A stretch of 49,298 bases of DNA from an uncultured Candidatus Peribacteria bacterium (GCA_964586815.1 CAZPIB010000002.1:1-49298); one strand, 5' to 3'; positions 9,438-22,111 are shown, counted from the first letter of the stretch. Notes: a model not told the origin generated them from the sequence alone. A program made the numbers and translations.

Positions 9438-9650
9438 ATGAAAAATATAATAGAAAGAACTTTTGAAGAAATGTATTTTGGAGAGCAAACTTTATTTGCA
9501 GAATATGTAGAACAGTATTTTTTAGATACAGTTATAAAAAAAGCCAGTTCTAATATTGAAGGCTATTTATGAGAATATTATAAATGGTATAAAAAATTAA
9601 GTAAAGAAACTAAAGAAAATCTTATTATAGTTTTTAAACAAAATACATAA
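9438..9650 (+). CDS. Hypothetical protein (70 aa).
   Basis: It has the ATTATG start context, one TGA and a TAA stop. Confidence 0.5.
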
Positions 9651-9673
9651 TTTATTTTTAACAACAAAATATT

Positions 9674-9811
9674 ATGGCTAATTATTGTGGAATGTGTAGA
9701 TGAACAATTAAAGTGAATTATCACTCTGAAAGTGAATGAGATTATACTTGTAATGATTGTTATCAAGAAAGCATTAGAGATAAAAGTAAAAGTAGACATT
9801 ATAAAAATTAA
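9674..9811 (+). CDS. Small zinc-ribbon protein (45 aa).
   Basis: The sequence contains CGMC...CNDC, two CxxC pairs. Confidence 0.5.
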
Positions 9812-9832
9812 AAATTTATTTAAAAAAAACAT

Positions 9833-9866
9833 TTGCAATTTCAGATTTTATCTATACAATGTATAG
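9833..9866 (+). promoter_or_regulatory. Candidate promoter TTGCAA-16 nt-TACAAT, overlapped by a perfect 15-bp palindrome ctatacaatgtatag.
   Basis: The -35 box is at 9833-9838, the -10 box at 9855-9860 and the palindrome at 9852-9866. All lie in a 150-bp gap before the ORF at 9964. Confidence 0.4.
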
Positions 9867-9963
9867 GACTTATATTAATAATATTTAAGTATTATATAGA
9901 CATTTTAGAATAAGTCTTTAAAAAATTCTACCACATACTTTATATTTATAACATAATAATATT

Positions 9964-10530
9964 ATGGCAGTAGCAAAAGATAGTTTTGATAACTTCGATT
10001 GACAAGATGAAGTTCAGGTTGCTGGAAAGCCAGCAATTAAACAATTTAAAGAATGAGATACTTTTATAGGTTATTTACAATCTATAAATGATATTCCATT
10101 AGATGGAAAATCTAATAATCCATATTGAAATCCTAATTATGGGTCTAAGATATTTAATTTAATTAATATCTCAGAAAAAACAATAGACCATAAATCAGAT
10201 AATTGAAGAGCAACTTGAAAAGCAGTTGCCAATCCTCTTGATATAAATGTGGAATATTCTTTTTTTACCAACTATACTAAATACAAGAGTTGAACAGTTT
10301 GACCACATCCTATATCTTTTAAGTTATCAGAATTACCACTTGGGGCAGTGCTTCAAATAAAATTCATTTGATTAACTGAACCAGAGGCAGGAGGTAACCC
10401 CTATAGAAATGTTTCTATAATATGAAAAAAAGATAATAAATGAGATTATGTTATTCATCCAGATTATAAAGCAGTTGATAATTTTGATTGACAAGAGGAA
10501 GTTTCTATAGAGGATTTACCTTTTAGATAG
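9964..10530 (+). CDS. Hypothetical protein (188 aa), possibly a ssDNA-binding or annealing protein.
   Basis: The C-terminus EEVSIEDLPFR resembles the acidic DDDIPF-type SSB tail. The motif DNFDGQ(D/E)EV occurs at both termini. The stop is TAG. Confidence 0.35.
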
Positions 10531-10931
10531 TTGCTAAGCACTTCAACTAAAAAGGCTTAACATAAAGAATAATATTAATATATTAATTAATGTAATCCAT
10601 TTTAGTATATTAACTTTATTAATTATGAATCAAAAAAATTGCACAGAATATAAAACTTTATTACAATTAATGGAATTAAAACTAAGGTGCTTCAAGTAGT
10701 GGTTGAAGAAAAATGTAACACTCAAAAAGAAAAAAAGACAGCCCTAAAAAAAATATGTAAGTCTAGTAACTAATAAAATAAAAATAATATGTTTACTAGG
10801 CTTAATATTTTAACTTAATATTGACATTTGATTAAATATTTTATGAATAAAATAGAAAAGATTTTTTGTAAATGGGAAGATACAAAAAAGAAAAATAAAA
10901 AATTAAATAAATTATTTCCTAAAAATATATT

Positions 10932-11243
10932 ATGAAATATAAAATAAGTAAAGAAGAATCTATTCCTTTTAGAGAGGCAGATTGAACACTGATGACTATG
11001 ATACAACATAGGATTGGAGTAGTAGTTGAATCAGAAGAATGAGATAAGGTTGAAGATATTGAAAAAGAATTAGAACTTATTTTTAATAGAAATTATTGAA
11101 AAGTTTTAGATAAGGATGCTATTTATATGAATCAGAAAAAACAATTAAATTTTCTCGTTTCAAAATTAAAAGAAGTAGCACCAACAAAAGCCAAAAATAT
11201 AATACTTCAAGCAAAGAAAATTTTAGTTTCTAATATTAAATAA
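10932..11243 (+). CDS. Hypothetical protein (103 aa).
   Basis: It has the ATTATG start context, three TGA and a TAA stop. Confidence 0.5.
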
Positions 11244-11244
11244 A

Positions 11245-11490
11245 ATGATAAATAGAAAAATTAATTACAAATCTAAAGACTATACAGCCTGATATAAAAA
11301 CTGAAAAAAGTTTTATAAAGAAAAATATGAATGAGAAATAGAAAGTTTGGAACAAGAATGAAGCAAAATAATAACAAGTCTTAAAATGGATTTAGCAGAT
11401 TTAGAAAAAGGATCAAAGATGTGATTTATTATTATTTGAACAATCCTGCTAATTAGTGTGATATGAAATGTGGCACAGCTTATTTATTAA
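11245..11490 (+). CDS. Tail-anchored membrane protein (81 aa).
   Basis: The C-terminus carries the hydrophobic helix GFIIIGTILLISVIGNVAQLIY. Confidence 0.5.
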
Positions 11491-11501
11491 TAACTAAAAT
11501 A

Positions 11502-12455
11502 ATGCATATGGTAAAAACAATAAAAATGACAGATAAGGAATATTTTGCAACAGATTTTATAACTAATTCAAAGCTAAGAGACTTTGCTTCTTATGATAAA
11601 TGGGGAGCAAGATTACTTACTCCAGATAAATACTTAGCAAGACATATTGAAAAAACAATGGAGTTTAAATTAACTGATCCGGTTATTGTTGGGAAAATTG
11701 TAGATGCATTCTTTGACTGAACTGGAGAAAAAGTTTGGGAAAAATATATTCCAGTTGCAAGAAGAAGTGGAAAAGAAATTAAAAAATTAGCTGAAGAAAG
11801 ATATGAAGCTGAAAATACTACTGGAGCTTGAACAAATTCTATTATAGAAGCATCAAAAGAAGAAAAGGATATAAGACTAGCTGAAATAGAAAAAGAACTC
11901 TTAGAGGATGGTTATATGGAAATTACTGGCACTATAAAATCAGAGGCTGAAGAATGAATAAAATGGGGACAAAATTTTAAGCAACTCAGAGACTTTCTAC
12001 AAAAAGAAGATACAGAATCTCAAGTTATATTAAAAACTGATATTAATATTACTGATTGAGATTGAGTTATTCATACTATAACAATGGGTGGAAAACCAGA
12101 TTTCTTAAATAAAAAAGAAAAACTTATTGTAGATTTAAAATATACTGGTTCACTTAATATGGTTATTGAATGACTTCAATTTAGATGAGAACCTAAATTA
12201 ACAGCAGCCTATATCAGACAATGCTCTATCTACAATAAAATGTGTGGTGGAGATTATTCAGCAGCACTAGCGGTAGTTACTTCAACTGGAGTAAAATGGA
12301 TTTCAATTAGTAATGAAATTTTAGTTGCAGCTTGGGATATTATAAAAAAAGATATTCTTGATTTAGATAAATACTTAAAAGATCCTGACTCTTTAAATGA
12401 AACTATCTTTGTTAAGTCTGATACAGATATGAGTTTAGATAATTTACAATTATAA
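11502..12455 (+). CDS. PD-(D/E)XK recombination exonuclease (RecE/Cas4-like fold), about 317 aa.
   Basis: GGKPDFLNKKEKLIVDLKYTGS carries the D...D-x-K motif. The frame was hand-scanned and contains no TAA or TAG. The start could also be 11463 or 11523. Confidence 0.65.
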
Positions 12456-12457
12456 TT

Positions 12458-12646
12458 ATGTTTACAAAAAAAAGAATCAATATACAATTTTGTATGAGTG
12501 GATATACTTGATATGCTAAAGACCATAAACAAATAATAAAAACTCTTTTTAAAAAAATTGAATGAAAAAAAATTAAATATGCTTGAATGAATCTTATTAT
12601 ATACAAAGGTTCTAGTATTAATAATAGTTGATGTTTTATTTTATAA
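12458..12646 (+). CDS. Hypothetical protein (62 aa).
   Basis: The ORF is open with TGA=Gly and has the ATTATG start context. Confidence 0.45.
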
Positions 12647-12660
12647 AAAATAATTATACT

Positions 12661-12879
12661 ATGAACAAAGAAACCCAAAATAAATTTACGATATTGAAAC
12701 TGAAAAAAGAGAATCAATTAAAAGATAGTGTAATTTCATTATTACAATGAAGATCAATTATTGATGAAAAAATTATTAAAGAACAAAAAAAATGGATTAA
12801 AGAGGATCAAATATTATTTATCATAATAATGGTAGTAATATTTGCATTATGAATTTTTAGCTTATATATTAATAAATAA
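12661..12879 (+). CDS. Tail-anchored membrane protein (72 aa).
   Basis: The C-terminus carries the hydrophobic helix ILFIIIMVVIFALGIFSLYI. Confidence 0.5.
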
Positions 12880-12883
12880 AAAT

Positions 12884-13129
12884 ATGAGAATTATGAACTA
12901 TAAGGGCATATGCCTTTCAGTAATAGAAGAGGAAAATTTTTATGTAGCATACTTTTATTATTTGGATTATAATTGAGATGAGAGAGAAGTATGTATTACT
13001 AGACAATATTTATGACGTGAGACAACTTATATTGCAAAATACAGTGGACTAACAACACAACATATTTGAGCATATAAAGAAGTTTTAGATAAAGTAATTA
13101 AACAATATAGGGCTGAAGAAATAAAATAA
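12884..13129 (+). CDS. Hypothetical protein (81 aa).
   Basis: The ORF is open with TGA=Gly and has a TAA stop. Confidence 0.5.
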
Positions 13130-13153
13130 TTTATTAATAATAAAAAACAACAA

Positions 13154-13459
13154 ATGGAAAATAAAATAACAATAGGACTAACAATGTTTTTCTTACAACT
13201 AGATAGCTTTGTAATGAAAGACCAAACTAAACAAATTGAATGTAGAGTTAGTCCTATACAAATTAAATGAATTTTTAATTATGAAAATGAGTCAACTAAA
13301 TATTTATTTAATATTTGAGGGGCTAAATTTAATAAGCCAAAAAGTGATTTATTCTTTACTGAAATAGAAGCTAAAGCTGAATCTGAAAAAAGAATTTCAA
13401 ATATTAGAATAAATATTATTTGAGAAGAAATAAAAAAAGAAGAACCTAAACAAAAATAA
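13154..13459 (+). CDS. Hypothetical protein (101 aa).
   Basis: The ORF is open with TGA=Gly and has a TAA stop. Confidence 0.5.
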
Positions 13460-13477
13460 TTTATAATTAATTCTGGA

Positions 13478-14827
13478 ATGCATTATAATAAGAAAGGAAC
13501 ATTCTTAACTATTTGAGAATTTAAGGAAATCCAAAAATCTTTTGAATTAAAAAATGAAAAGAAGACTCAAATGAAAAGAATGTGAATGTGGGGTCGGCAT
13601 AAGCTACCAGATAAAATTAAACACTGGGAATTAACAAAAGATAAAAAATTTGTGTCTATCCCATCTGGATTAAGGTGATTCTGGAAATTTGAGGATAAGT
13701 ATCCTTTACCAACAAAAGTAAATTTTCCAGAGTTAGTTAATCCTTACAAAGGAAATGAATTAGATTTAAAACAAGATAAATTTATAAAACAATTTCTTCT
13801 CAAAGAGATTTGACTTTGACACTGCTCCACTGGAACTTGAAAAACTTTTATAGCAGGGAAAGTTATAAAGTTAATATCAGTAAGAACTCTAATTGTTGTT
13901 TCTTGAATTGAATTAATGAATCAAATGAAAAAAGATTTGAAAGAAATTTTCTGAAAAACATTTAAAACATTATCTTGAACAAAGACAAAACAAAAATGAG
14001 CTGATGATTCTATCATTATAGCTAACATAGATACTCTTGTAAAACAAGATGATGATTTCTTTGAGATGTTTGACTTAGTTATTCTTGATGAAGTTGATAC
14101 TTATTTTTCAGCAGATAGAAGAAGAGAAATGGTTTGGAAAAAATTAAATATGAAATATATTTATGGACTAACCTGAACAATTAAAGTAAATTATATTCCA
14201 GATAAAATATTTGATATTTACTTTTGACCAAAAACTGAATTGATTGAAAAACATTTTCAACCAAAAATAAGAAAAGTTATGACTGAATTTATATATCAAT
14301 TAGATGATATGAAAAAATTTCATGAATTAAAGGAAGCATTATATACAGCAGAAGATAGGAATAATTTAATTGTTAGAACTGTAAGAAATACTCTGGGAGA
14401 AAATAAATGAATTGTTTTTTCTGAATATATAAATCATGCAAAACTTTTAAAGGAAAAGATCCAAGCTCAATGAATAAAATGTTTTATGTTAATTTGAGAA
14501 GTAAAAGATACTGAAAGGCAAGAAATCAAGAAAAAACTTATATCTTATGATTGACCCTGTGTATTAATTGGCTCTGTTAAGATTATCTGAAGAGGATTCA
14601 ATATTCCAGAATTAAGTGTTTGATATTTAACAACTTGTGAAAAATTTGAAAGCAATATTATTCAATATGTAGGAAGAATAATAAGACTATTCCCTGGAAA
14701 AGAAGAATGTAGATGGTTTGATTTCATAGACCCTTGATGTAAAACATTACTTAATCAAAGTAAAAGTAGAACAAGAAATTACCATAAAACTTTTCCAGAA
14801 TCAAAAATTGAATTTTACACTCCCTAA
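13478..14827 (+). CDS. Superfamily-2 DEAD/DEAH-type DNA helicase (449 aa).
   Basis: Walker A is HCSTGTGKTFIAG (the Gly of GKT is TGA), motif II is LVILDEVD, motif III is GLTGTI and motif VI is QYVGRIIRL. Confidence 0.8.
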
Positions 14828-14894
14828 ACAAAACAAAAGAAAAATAAATAATTATTTGAGCTAATAAATTTTAATTACTAAATTTAAAAGAATC

Positions 14895-15749
14895 ATGAAA
14901 GTATTAAGTTTATTTGATTGAATGAGTTGATGAATGTTAGCATTTAAAAAAGCAAATATAGAAGTAGATAGATATTTTGCAAGTGAAGTTAATAAATATG
15001 CTATTCAAATTAGTCAAAAGAATTTTCCAGAGATATCTCACATATGAGATATAACAAAAGTAATATTTACAGAAAAAATTGATATACTTATTTGATGAAG
15101 TCCTTGTCAAGGATTTAGCTTTGCTTGAAAACAATTAAATTTTGAAGACCCAAGAAGTAAATTATTCTTTGAATATGTTAGACTATTAAAAGAAGTTAAG
15201 CCTAAATATTTTTTACTTGAAAATGTAAAAATGAAAAAGGAATATCAAGATATAATTACAGAAAATTTATTTTGAGTTGAACCTATTGAAATAAATTCTA
15301 ATTTAGTTTCAGCACAAAACAGAAAAAGATTATACTGGTTTTGAAAACTAAAAGAAGATTGAACTTATAAAAAAATAGAAGTAATTCAACCACAAGATAA
15401 ATGATTTTTATTAAAAGATATTTTAGAAAAAGAAGTTGATGAAAAATATTATTTGTCTGAAAAAAATCTAAAACATTTACAAAGAGATTTTGGGAGTAAA
15501 TGAAAACAACAAAACATTAATAATAAAACCTGTACATTAACAGCTTCTATGTGAACTTGATGATGAAATGTTCCTTATTTTACAACTTTACATAAAAGAT
15601 TAAGAAAATTAACACCAATAGAATGTGAAAGATTACAAACTGTTCCAGATAATTATACAAAATGAGTTTCAAATACTCAAAGATATAAAATGCTTTGAAA
15701 TGGTTGGACTATTGATGTAATAGCTTATTTATTTAATCAACTAAATTAA
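14895..15749 (+). CDS. DNA (cytosine-5) methyltransferase (284 aa).
   Basis: Motif I is LSLFDGMSGGMLAF (TGA at 14919, 14928 and 14931). Motif IV is [14 protein letters not shown] (TGA TGA at 15093-15098). Further motifs are [29 protein letters not shown] and [10 protein letters not shown]. Confidence 0.9.
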
Positions 15750-15893
15750 ATGGAAAACAAAGAAAACTTAAAACTACAATTACTAGAAATAGTAAAAGAC
15801 TATACTGATAAAAATTTAACTAATGAGGAATTACGTAAAAATTGATATGAAATTCTTAGTGGGTGACATTGATGTCGGTCAGTTAACTTTTAG
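15750..15893 (+). CDS. Hypothetical protein (47 aa).
   Basis: The ATG directly abuts the methyltransferase stop. The stop is TAG. Confidence 0.4.
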
Positions 15894-15967
15894 AAATTTA
15901 TGAGTTTGATTTGATGAACTACAAAATGAACTGATACTGAAAAATTATTTATTAAAAAACAAATAAT

Positions 15968-16606
15968 ATGTTAAAGTTAGAAGAAGTTTGAAATCAAATG
16001 AATAAAGAAGAATGGCTAGAAGATTATAAAAAAGAACAACTCTGAAAAAAAATGGATAAACTTGCTGATACATATTATAAAACTCCTTGATTTATTAAAA
16101 GTCAAATACTATCAATGATGTCAGATTCTGATATTGCAATTATTATTTGAGATAAAAGAAAAGAATGGGGAGGATTAGAATTTGAAAAAAAAGCTAAATT
16201 GAAATGACTAAGATGAGATGATAGAAAAATCTTAGAATTGATATATTTAGATGAGCAAAAAGAAATAAATAAACTTACTAAAGAATTGCAATATATATTA
16301 AAAAGTAGACAAGGATGAAATCAATGATGATTTAATTCTGAAGACTTACAAAGAGCTAAAGACAATATCCCTATTTCTGAAGTGATCCAGATTGTAGCTT
16401 GAGTGAAGATTGTCAATTCTTATAGACTTATTAGATGCCCTTTACATAAAGACAATACAGCTAGCTTTAAAATATATCACAAAACTAACAGCTTCTTTTG
16501 TCAGTGATGTAAAGCCGGTGGTAGATCTATAGATTTTATAAAACATTTTTATAATATATCTACATGAGAAGCAATTAGAAAACTTTTAACACTTTATAAA
16601 AAATAA
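15968..16606 (+). CDS. CHC2 (DnaG-type) zinc-finger protein (212 aa), a primase-associated DNA-binding module.
   Basis: CPLHKDNTASFKIYHKTNSFFCQGCKAGGRSIDF matches the C-P-x-H...C-x-G-C pattern. The Gly in CQGC is TGA. Confidence 0.7.
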
Positions 16607-16612
16607 TATAGA

Positions 16613-16891
16613 ATGGAAATAACACAAGAATGGAAAAAATATATAGAGTCTTGAGAGGAGGTAACTTATGCAAAATTCTATAACTATTTTAAAAAATATA
16701 AAACAATTGAGGAAGCAATAAAACAATTAAAAATTCCAAGGGGTAACTGAAAAAAAGGATTTACTAAAGTAGGTAATCCACAAGAGGTAGCAGAATTTGC
16801 TAAAATAAATTCTCCAACAAAGGCTGCTAGAATATATGAGCTTTCTGAAAGACAGGTATACAGATATATGGAAAAATATATTAAATCATAA
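16613..16891 (+). CDS. Helix-turn-helix DNA-binding protein (92 aa).
   Basis: The C-terminus PTKAARIYELSERQVYRYMEKY has the HTH pattern. Confidence 0.5.
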
Positions 16892-17028
16892 AGAGATAAT
16901 GTCTGCTTTTACTTGTACAGATTTTATTCCACAAGTTATAGTATTTTGAGAAACTGCAGAAAAACTAAAACAGCATTATGTAAGATGAAGAATTAAGAAA
17001 TAAATAATATTTTAATAATTTTATAAAA

Positions 17029-17781
17029 ATGAAAGATAAAATAATATTTTTAGATACAGAAACAACTTGAATTGAAGAACCTTGATTAATTCAATTATGA
17101 TATATAATTTGTGATTTGAATTTCAATGAAATAAAAAGAGAAAATCTTTTCTTCAAAACTGATAAAAAAATAGAATTTGGAGCAATGGCAATTCATCATA
17201 TTACTGAAGAAATATTAGAATATCAAATTGAAAAACATCCATGAACAGAAGAAGAAAAAAGAAGGCTTGTTATTCAAGACTTTGAAAATGCTTACCTAAT
17301 AGCACATAATTCTCCTTTTGATAAGAATGTATTAGATATTAATAATCTTGCAACTCCAGAGAGTTCAGAGTGGATAGACACATACAATATTGCTTATGGA
17401 GTTTTTACAGATAAAGAAATGAAGCATAGTCTACAATATCTTAGATATTATTTAGGTTGTACTTTTTCTGAAACTATTGATGCTCATGATGCATTATCTG
17501 ATGTTATTGTTTTGAAAGCAGTCTTTATGAAGTTGAGGTGGGCAATTTTTGAGCAAAATGGTTCAGAAATAGACACAGCAGAAATTTTAGACACAATGAT
17601 TGAGGATACTAAAAGATGAATAATCTTAAGGACTTGGGCTTTCTGAAAATACAAATGAAGAACTTTTGCTGAAACATTTAAAATGGATAGATGATATTTT
17701 ACTTGGATGTATAATGCTAAGATAGAAGACAGAAATACTAATGATGCAATATTTAATACTTTAAAATTTTACTTAAAATAA
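17029..17781 (+). CDS. DEDDh 3'-5' exonuclease (DnaQ/epsilon-like), 250 aa.
   Basis: ExoI is FLDTETTG (the Gly is TGA), ExoII is AHNSPFDKNVL and ExoIII is HDALSDV. The C-terminus has a KYKGRTFAE...YFTWM module. Confidence 0.85.
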
Positions 17782-17783
17782 TA

Positions 17784-18017
17784 ATGGAATATATGGAAGT
17801 AAAATATGAGGTTTATAGATTTCATAAATGGTGGAAAAATAGTTTTATAATACCTATGTGCTTTGAAAAAGATTTAGATTTTTGAGTATGTACAGATAAA
17901 ATAAAAATAACAAAAGAAGCAACGGCAACACTAGAAAAAATAGCCTATAAAAGAGATTTGTGAGAAATTAGAAACTTAACATATAAATATGTAGCTTATG
18001 ACAAAGAGAATAAATAG
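17784..18017 (+). CDS. Hypothetical protein (77 aa).
   Basis: The ORF is open with TGA=Gly and has a TAG stop. Confidence 0.5.
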
Positions 18018-18453
18018 AAAGCAAGTGGATCAATTTCTAATTGAACTAGATGCTTTTTTAGAAAAATATTCTGAACAATTAACTGAAGATGATATTTTTG
18101 ATTTTATTATTCCAATTAGAATGTCTAAGCCTTGAACTTTTAGAGCTGCTTGAGTAATTCCTTTACCAACATTAGTTAAATTAATAAATGTACAAGGGAA
18201 AATTAATAGGACTGAACAGTTTGTAAGAAAAGCTGCATATGCAGCAGACTTACATATAGTAAAATGAATTTCTTATACTGATATTTTTTATAGAATTCTA
18301 AAGAATAAATGAAGACTATTTTTTAAACAAGAAAAATGATTAATACTTAAAAACTTTTATGAAAAATATTGAGAGGATTTTATACTTCCAGTTGAATATG
18401 GTCAGATAAATACAGATTTATTGTATAAATGAAATTATATTTTACCAAAATAA
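17998..18453 (+). CDS. Hypothetical protein (151 aa).
   Basis: The ORF overlaps the end of the upstream gene by 20 nt, has six TGA and a TAA stop. Confidence 0.5.
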
Positions 18454-18519
18454 CATTTGCCTCTTATCCCTAAACAACTATACTAAGGACTATATTTTTA
18501 CTTTTATAAAACAAAACAA

Positions 18520-18783
18520 ATGGCATACCAAAATAAAGTATTACTTAGAGTTCGTCTTGATAGGAATTGATGGTTTAATTTTTCTAAATGAACACATAGA
18601 TTACAATTATGTTGAGATACTAGAAAAGATTGATTTTTCATTGAGCAATATGCTGACAAATTATGAAAAACAGAGTTTATGAAAGACTTTACAGAAATTT
18701 TAACTGCAATGGAGGCAGATAATAATCAACCTATCTTTACCCTATATGAGTTACCAGAAATTATTAATGGGAAATTAAATTAA
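18520..18783 (+). CDS. Hypothetical protein (87 aa).
   Basis: The ORF is open with TGA=Gly and has a TAA stop. Confidence 0.5.
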
Positions 18784-18802
18784 TTTAATAACTGAAGATT
18801 TT

Positions 18803-21800
18803 ATGAATACTATATCAAAATTTACCATTAATCCTCTATCGAAAAAATATTCTTCTGATGAAATGGAATTCATTGATGAATTAAATCTATCAAAAGAAAT
18901 ATGATATGAATTTCCTCATTATTATTCTGATAATACAATTACTGGATATAGAGCAGCAATAATTAAGTGTGATGAAGTGGATGTTGATTACATAGAGCAA
19001 ATATATAAATTAAAACCAAATAAGATTTATTGCCATAAAAATGTAAGGCATTTAGTTTTCTATTTTAAAAATAGTCTTAATAAATATGACTATAATAGAA
19101 TTACAAAAGCATTAGGTTTCTTATATAAATGAAAAGCTATTAATTATCATTTTTATCCATTAAATGGAGTAATTGAAGAGTTTTCTTCAGGAGAACTAAA
19201 CAAGTCATTATCTGATACTTGTACAAAACTATATTTTTTCCAACAACAAAGTATAAAATATCAAAAACTTTTTACAATTAGTGAATTTGATAAATATCTT
19301 GAAGTTGAGAAACTTAAGATAAAAGAAGTTGTAATAGCTTTATATAAAAAAGAGCCAGCAGTAATTCCAGATATTTTAAAATTAATTGATATTAGAAATA
19401 ATATTCATAAAGAATATTGAAATGCTTTTTCTTTTGTTCATCATTATTATTCTAGTATTGAAAAAGCTAAACAATTTTTTAAAAATGATTTTAAGATTTG
19501 ATTTGAAGAAACCAACTCTTTTGATTTTACTAAAGCAAAAGAATGAATAGTAATAAAAGAAGGAGAAAACTTATTTTTAAGTGAATTTTGATATTTTTCA
19601 CTTGATCCATCTGGAAATAATAAAAGATTAACTGATTTTTATATAAAAGTTCATGCAAAAATAGTATGAAAAGACTGAAAACATTTTTTTGTTGTTACTT
19701 TAGTTAACCAATGAGAATGAACTGAAACCAAGAAAATGATATGGGAAAATAAAACTTCTGGAACTACATTTTCTGATTTTATCCAATCTTATTGACCTTA
19801 TCATTATTATGGATGACCAGCTTTTATTAAAGAATTACATAGGCAAATATCTTCAACTAAGCAAATTTCAACAATTCAACAAGTAGTCTGATATTGACAT
19901 CATAAATCTGAATGAATAATTATTTTTAAAAATTGAATATGGGATATAAAAGAAAGATTATTCACAAAAAAGAAAGATAATGATGATGATTATTATTATA
20001 ATTATGATAGTAAATGATATTGGGTTACAGATAAGGGTTGAAATTCATTAACAGAAGTTCTATCTACTTGAGTGCCTAATTTGAATATTGAAGGAGTTGT
20101 TGAGATGGGTGATATTCTTGATTTTATGTCAGAATTATATGCTGATAATTCTTGAAGTTACTTAGTATTTTTAGCATTTGGGATGATGGGGTATCTTACA
20201 TATTGAGATTCAACAAAACCTTTCCCACTAGTATTTACTAGATGAGTAACTTGATGTGTAGATTCAGAAACTGAATACTTAACACCAACTTGATGGAAAT
20301 ATATTAAAGATTATCAAGAATGAGATATAATTTGAGAATTTAATAAAGATACTTGAAAATGTATTTTTAACAAACCATTAGATTATATTAAAGAAAAAGA
20401 TAATAGATTAGCATACAGAATTAAAACTAAAAATATAGATATGCTTCTAACAGAAGAGCATAGATTATTATCACAATCACAAAGAGATGTTTATTCTACT
20501 ACTCAATTATGAGAAGTTGTTTCTGATTTAGAATTACATAAGCACCATAAAACAAATAAATATAATATTCCTGTTGTTTTTGATATTGAAGACAAAATAG
20601 GAATAGATTTATCTGATGTAGAATTACAATTAATGGTGGCAGTTATAGCTAATTGAAGTTTTCCTAAAAAAAATGTTTGATGAAGGTGATGAGAGTATAT
20701 ATCCTATATTAAGATAAAAAAAGAAAATAAAAAAAAGAGACTAAGGGAAATATTGAATAAAACTGATATTTTTGTAGAAGAAAAGAATAATCCCGAATGA
20801 TATACTACTTTCAAATTTGATGCACCAAGAAAAGATAAGGTGTTTTCTAAATATTATTGGGGTGCTAGTAAATCTCAATTAAAAATAATTGCTGAGGAAG
20901 TAAGTTATTGGGATTGAAGTGTAGATAGAAAAGAAAGTGCTGACTTTGTTCAATATGCTTTACTTATAACTAATCAAAGTAATGATATAGAGATTATATC
21001 AACTCAACAAAAAAAGAAATCTACCAGAATAGAATATAAAGATATTGTTAGAGAACAACTTACTGATTGAAATAAATATTGTTTTACAACTAATACAAGC
21101 TATTGGGTAGCTAGAAGAAAATGAAAAATTTTTATAACGTGAAATAGTTGAAAATCTACTTTTAATGAATTACTTCAAAGAGTTTGGGGAATTAAAAAGG
21201 CTGGTACAGATTTTGAAAACTCTACACTTTTTACGATGACAGTAACATTATCTTATTTGATAAAGTTCCCATATTTTATTGCAGAATATAGAGAATCAGC
21301 AAATCAAAGATTACAGAAAGTAGGAACTTTAAGAAGTGTATTTGATAAAATTTCTCAAACTAAAGGTAGAGCAGACCAGTCTGTTGTGAAATATGATTAT
21401 TTTGCTACACCAGTATTAGATTGAGAAGAAATGATAACTGATCCTGCATTAAGGACAAGAAGCTTACAATTACAATTATTAAAAAAACATAAAATTCAAT
21501 GAAACTTCTCAAAAATTTTAAGAGAATGATGATCTATTTTAGATAAATTAATGTTTACTTATTTATCTAAAAGTACTTGAGATAAATACCAAGACTATTT
21601 AGATGAATGATATGATTTTTTTAAAAAACAAACTAGTCAAAATAGAATAGCTCAAAATGTTGCAAGTATTTATGCTTGATGTATGGCATTTAATTCAGAA
21701 AAAGATAATGAAGATCAATATAAAATGGTATTATCTGAAATAATACTTTTCCAAGAAGAGGATGTTTCAGAAAATTCTAATCAAATGCAAATCATTAAAT

Positions 21801-22105
21801 TAATTTCTAAATTTATGGAGTCTTCTTACAATTGAATATATCCATTAAAAGACAGGGTTGTTATTAGTTGGAATGCTTTTGAGGAATATGTGAGTAGACA
21901 TAGACTAAAAACAACGTTAAAAATAGACACATATAAAGAACATTTAATGATAAGGGATTTTAATATAGAATTTATTGAGGTTTGAATTGAGTGATGATTA
22001 GTTGAGTGAATTATTATTCCTTATAAATTAATCCCCAAAAATTTATTAGTCCACACAGAAACATATAAATTTTATAAGGATTGGAAAAATTTATCTTCTA
22101 ATTAA
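18803..22105 (+). CDS. Large replication ATPase, primase/helicase-like with a P-loop (D5/P4-like). The precursor is 1100 aa and is interrupted by an intein.
   Basis: The whole frame was hand-scanned and contains no TAA or TAG. The P-loop is split as FTRGVTG / SGKSTFNELL, and splicing restores GVTGSGKST. Confidence 0.7.
20255..21145 (+). mobile_element. Intein of 297 aa with a LAGLIDADG-like endonuclease region, inserted in the Walker A loop of the replication ATPase.
   Basis: The N-terminus is CVDSETEYLTPTGW and block B is LLTEEHRLL. The endonuclease-like motifs are LMVAVIANGSF and IIAEEVSYWDGSV. The C-terminus is YWVARRKGKIFITGN followed by Ser. The penultimate residue is Gly (TGA) rather than the usual His. 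Confidence 0.7.
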
Positions 22106-22111
22106 ATAAAT

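Noticed and set aside
10531-10931. Small ORFs (24, 9 and 34 aa) and AT-only palindromes in the 400-bp gap after the SSB-like gene, plus a TTGACA at 10831.
   Set aside because: The ORFs are too short and lack the conserved start context. The palindromes are pure A/T and expected by chance at this base composition. The -10 partner of the TTGACA is poor. The gap is probably regulatory, but I cannot support a specific call.
15891-15967. TAG read-through extending the 47-aa ORF at 15750-15893 by another 24 codons in the same frame.
   Set aside because: TAG clearly terminates other well-supported genes (lysozyme, capsid and the 36630-37058 ORF). The extension has no recognisable features.
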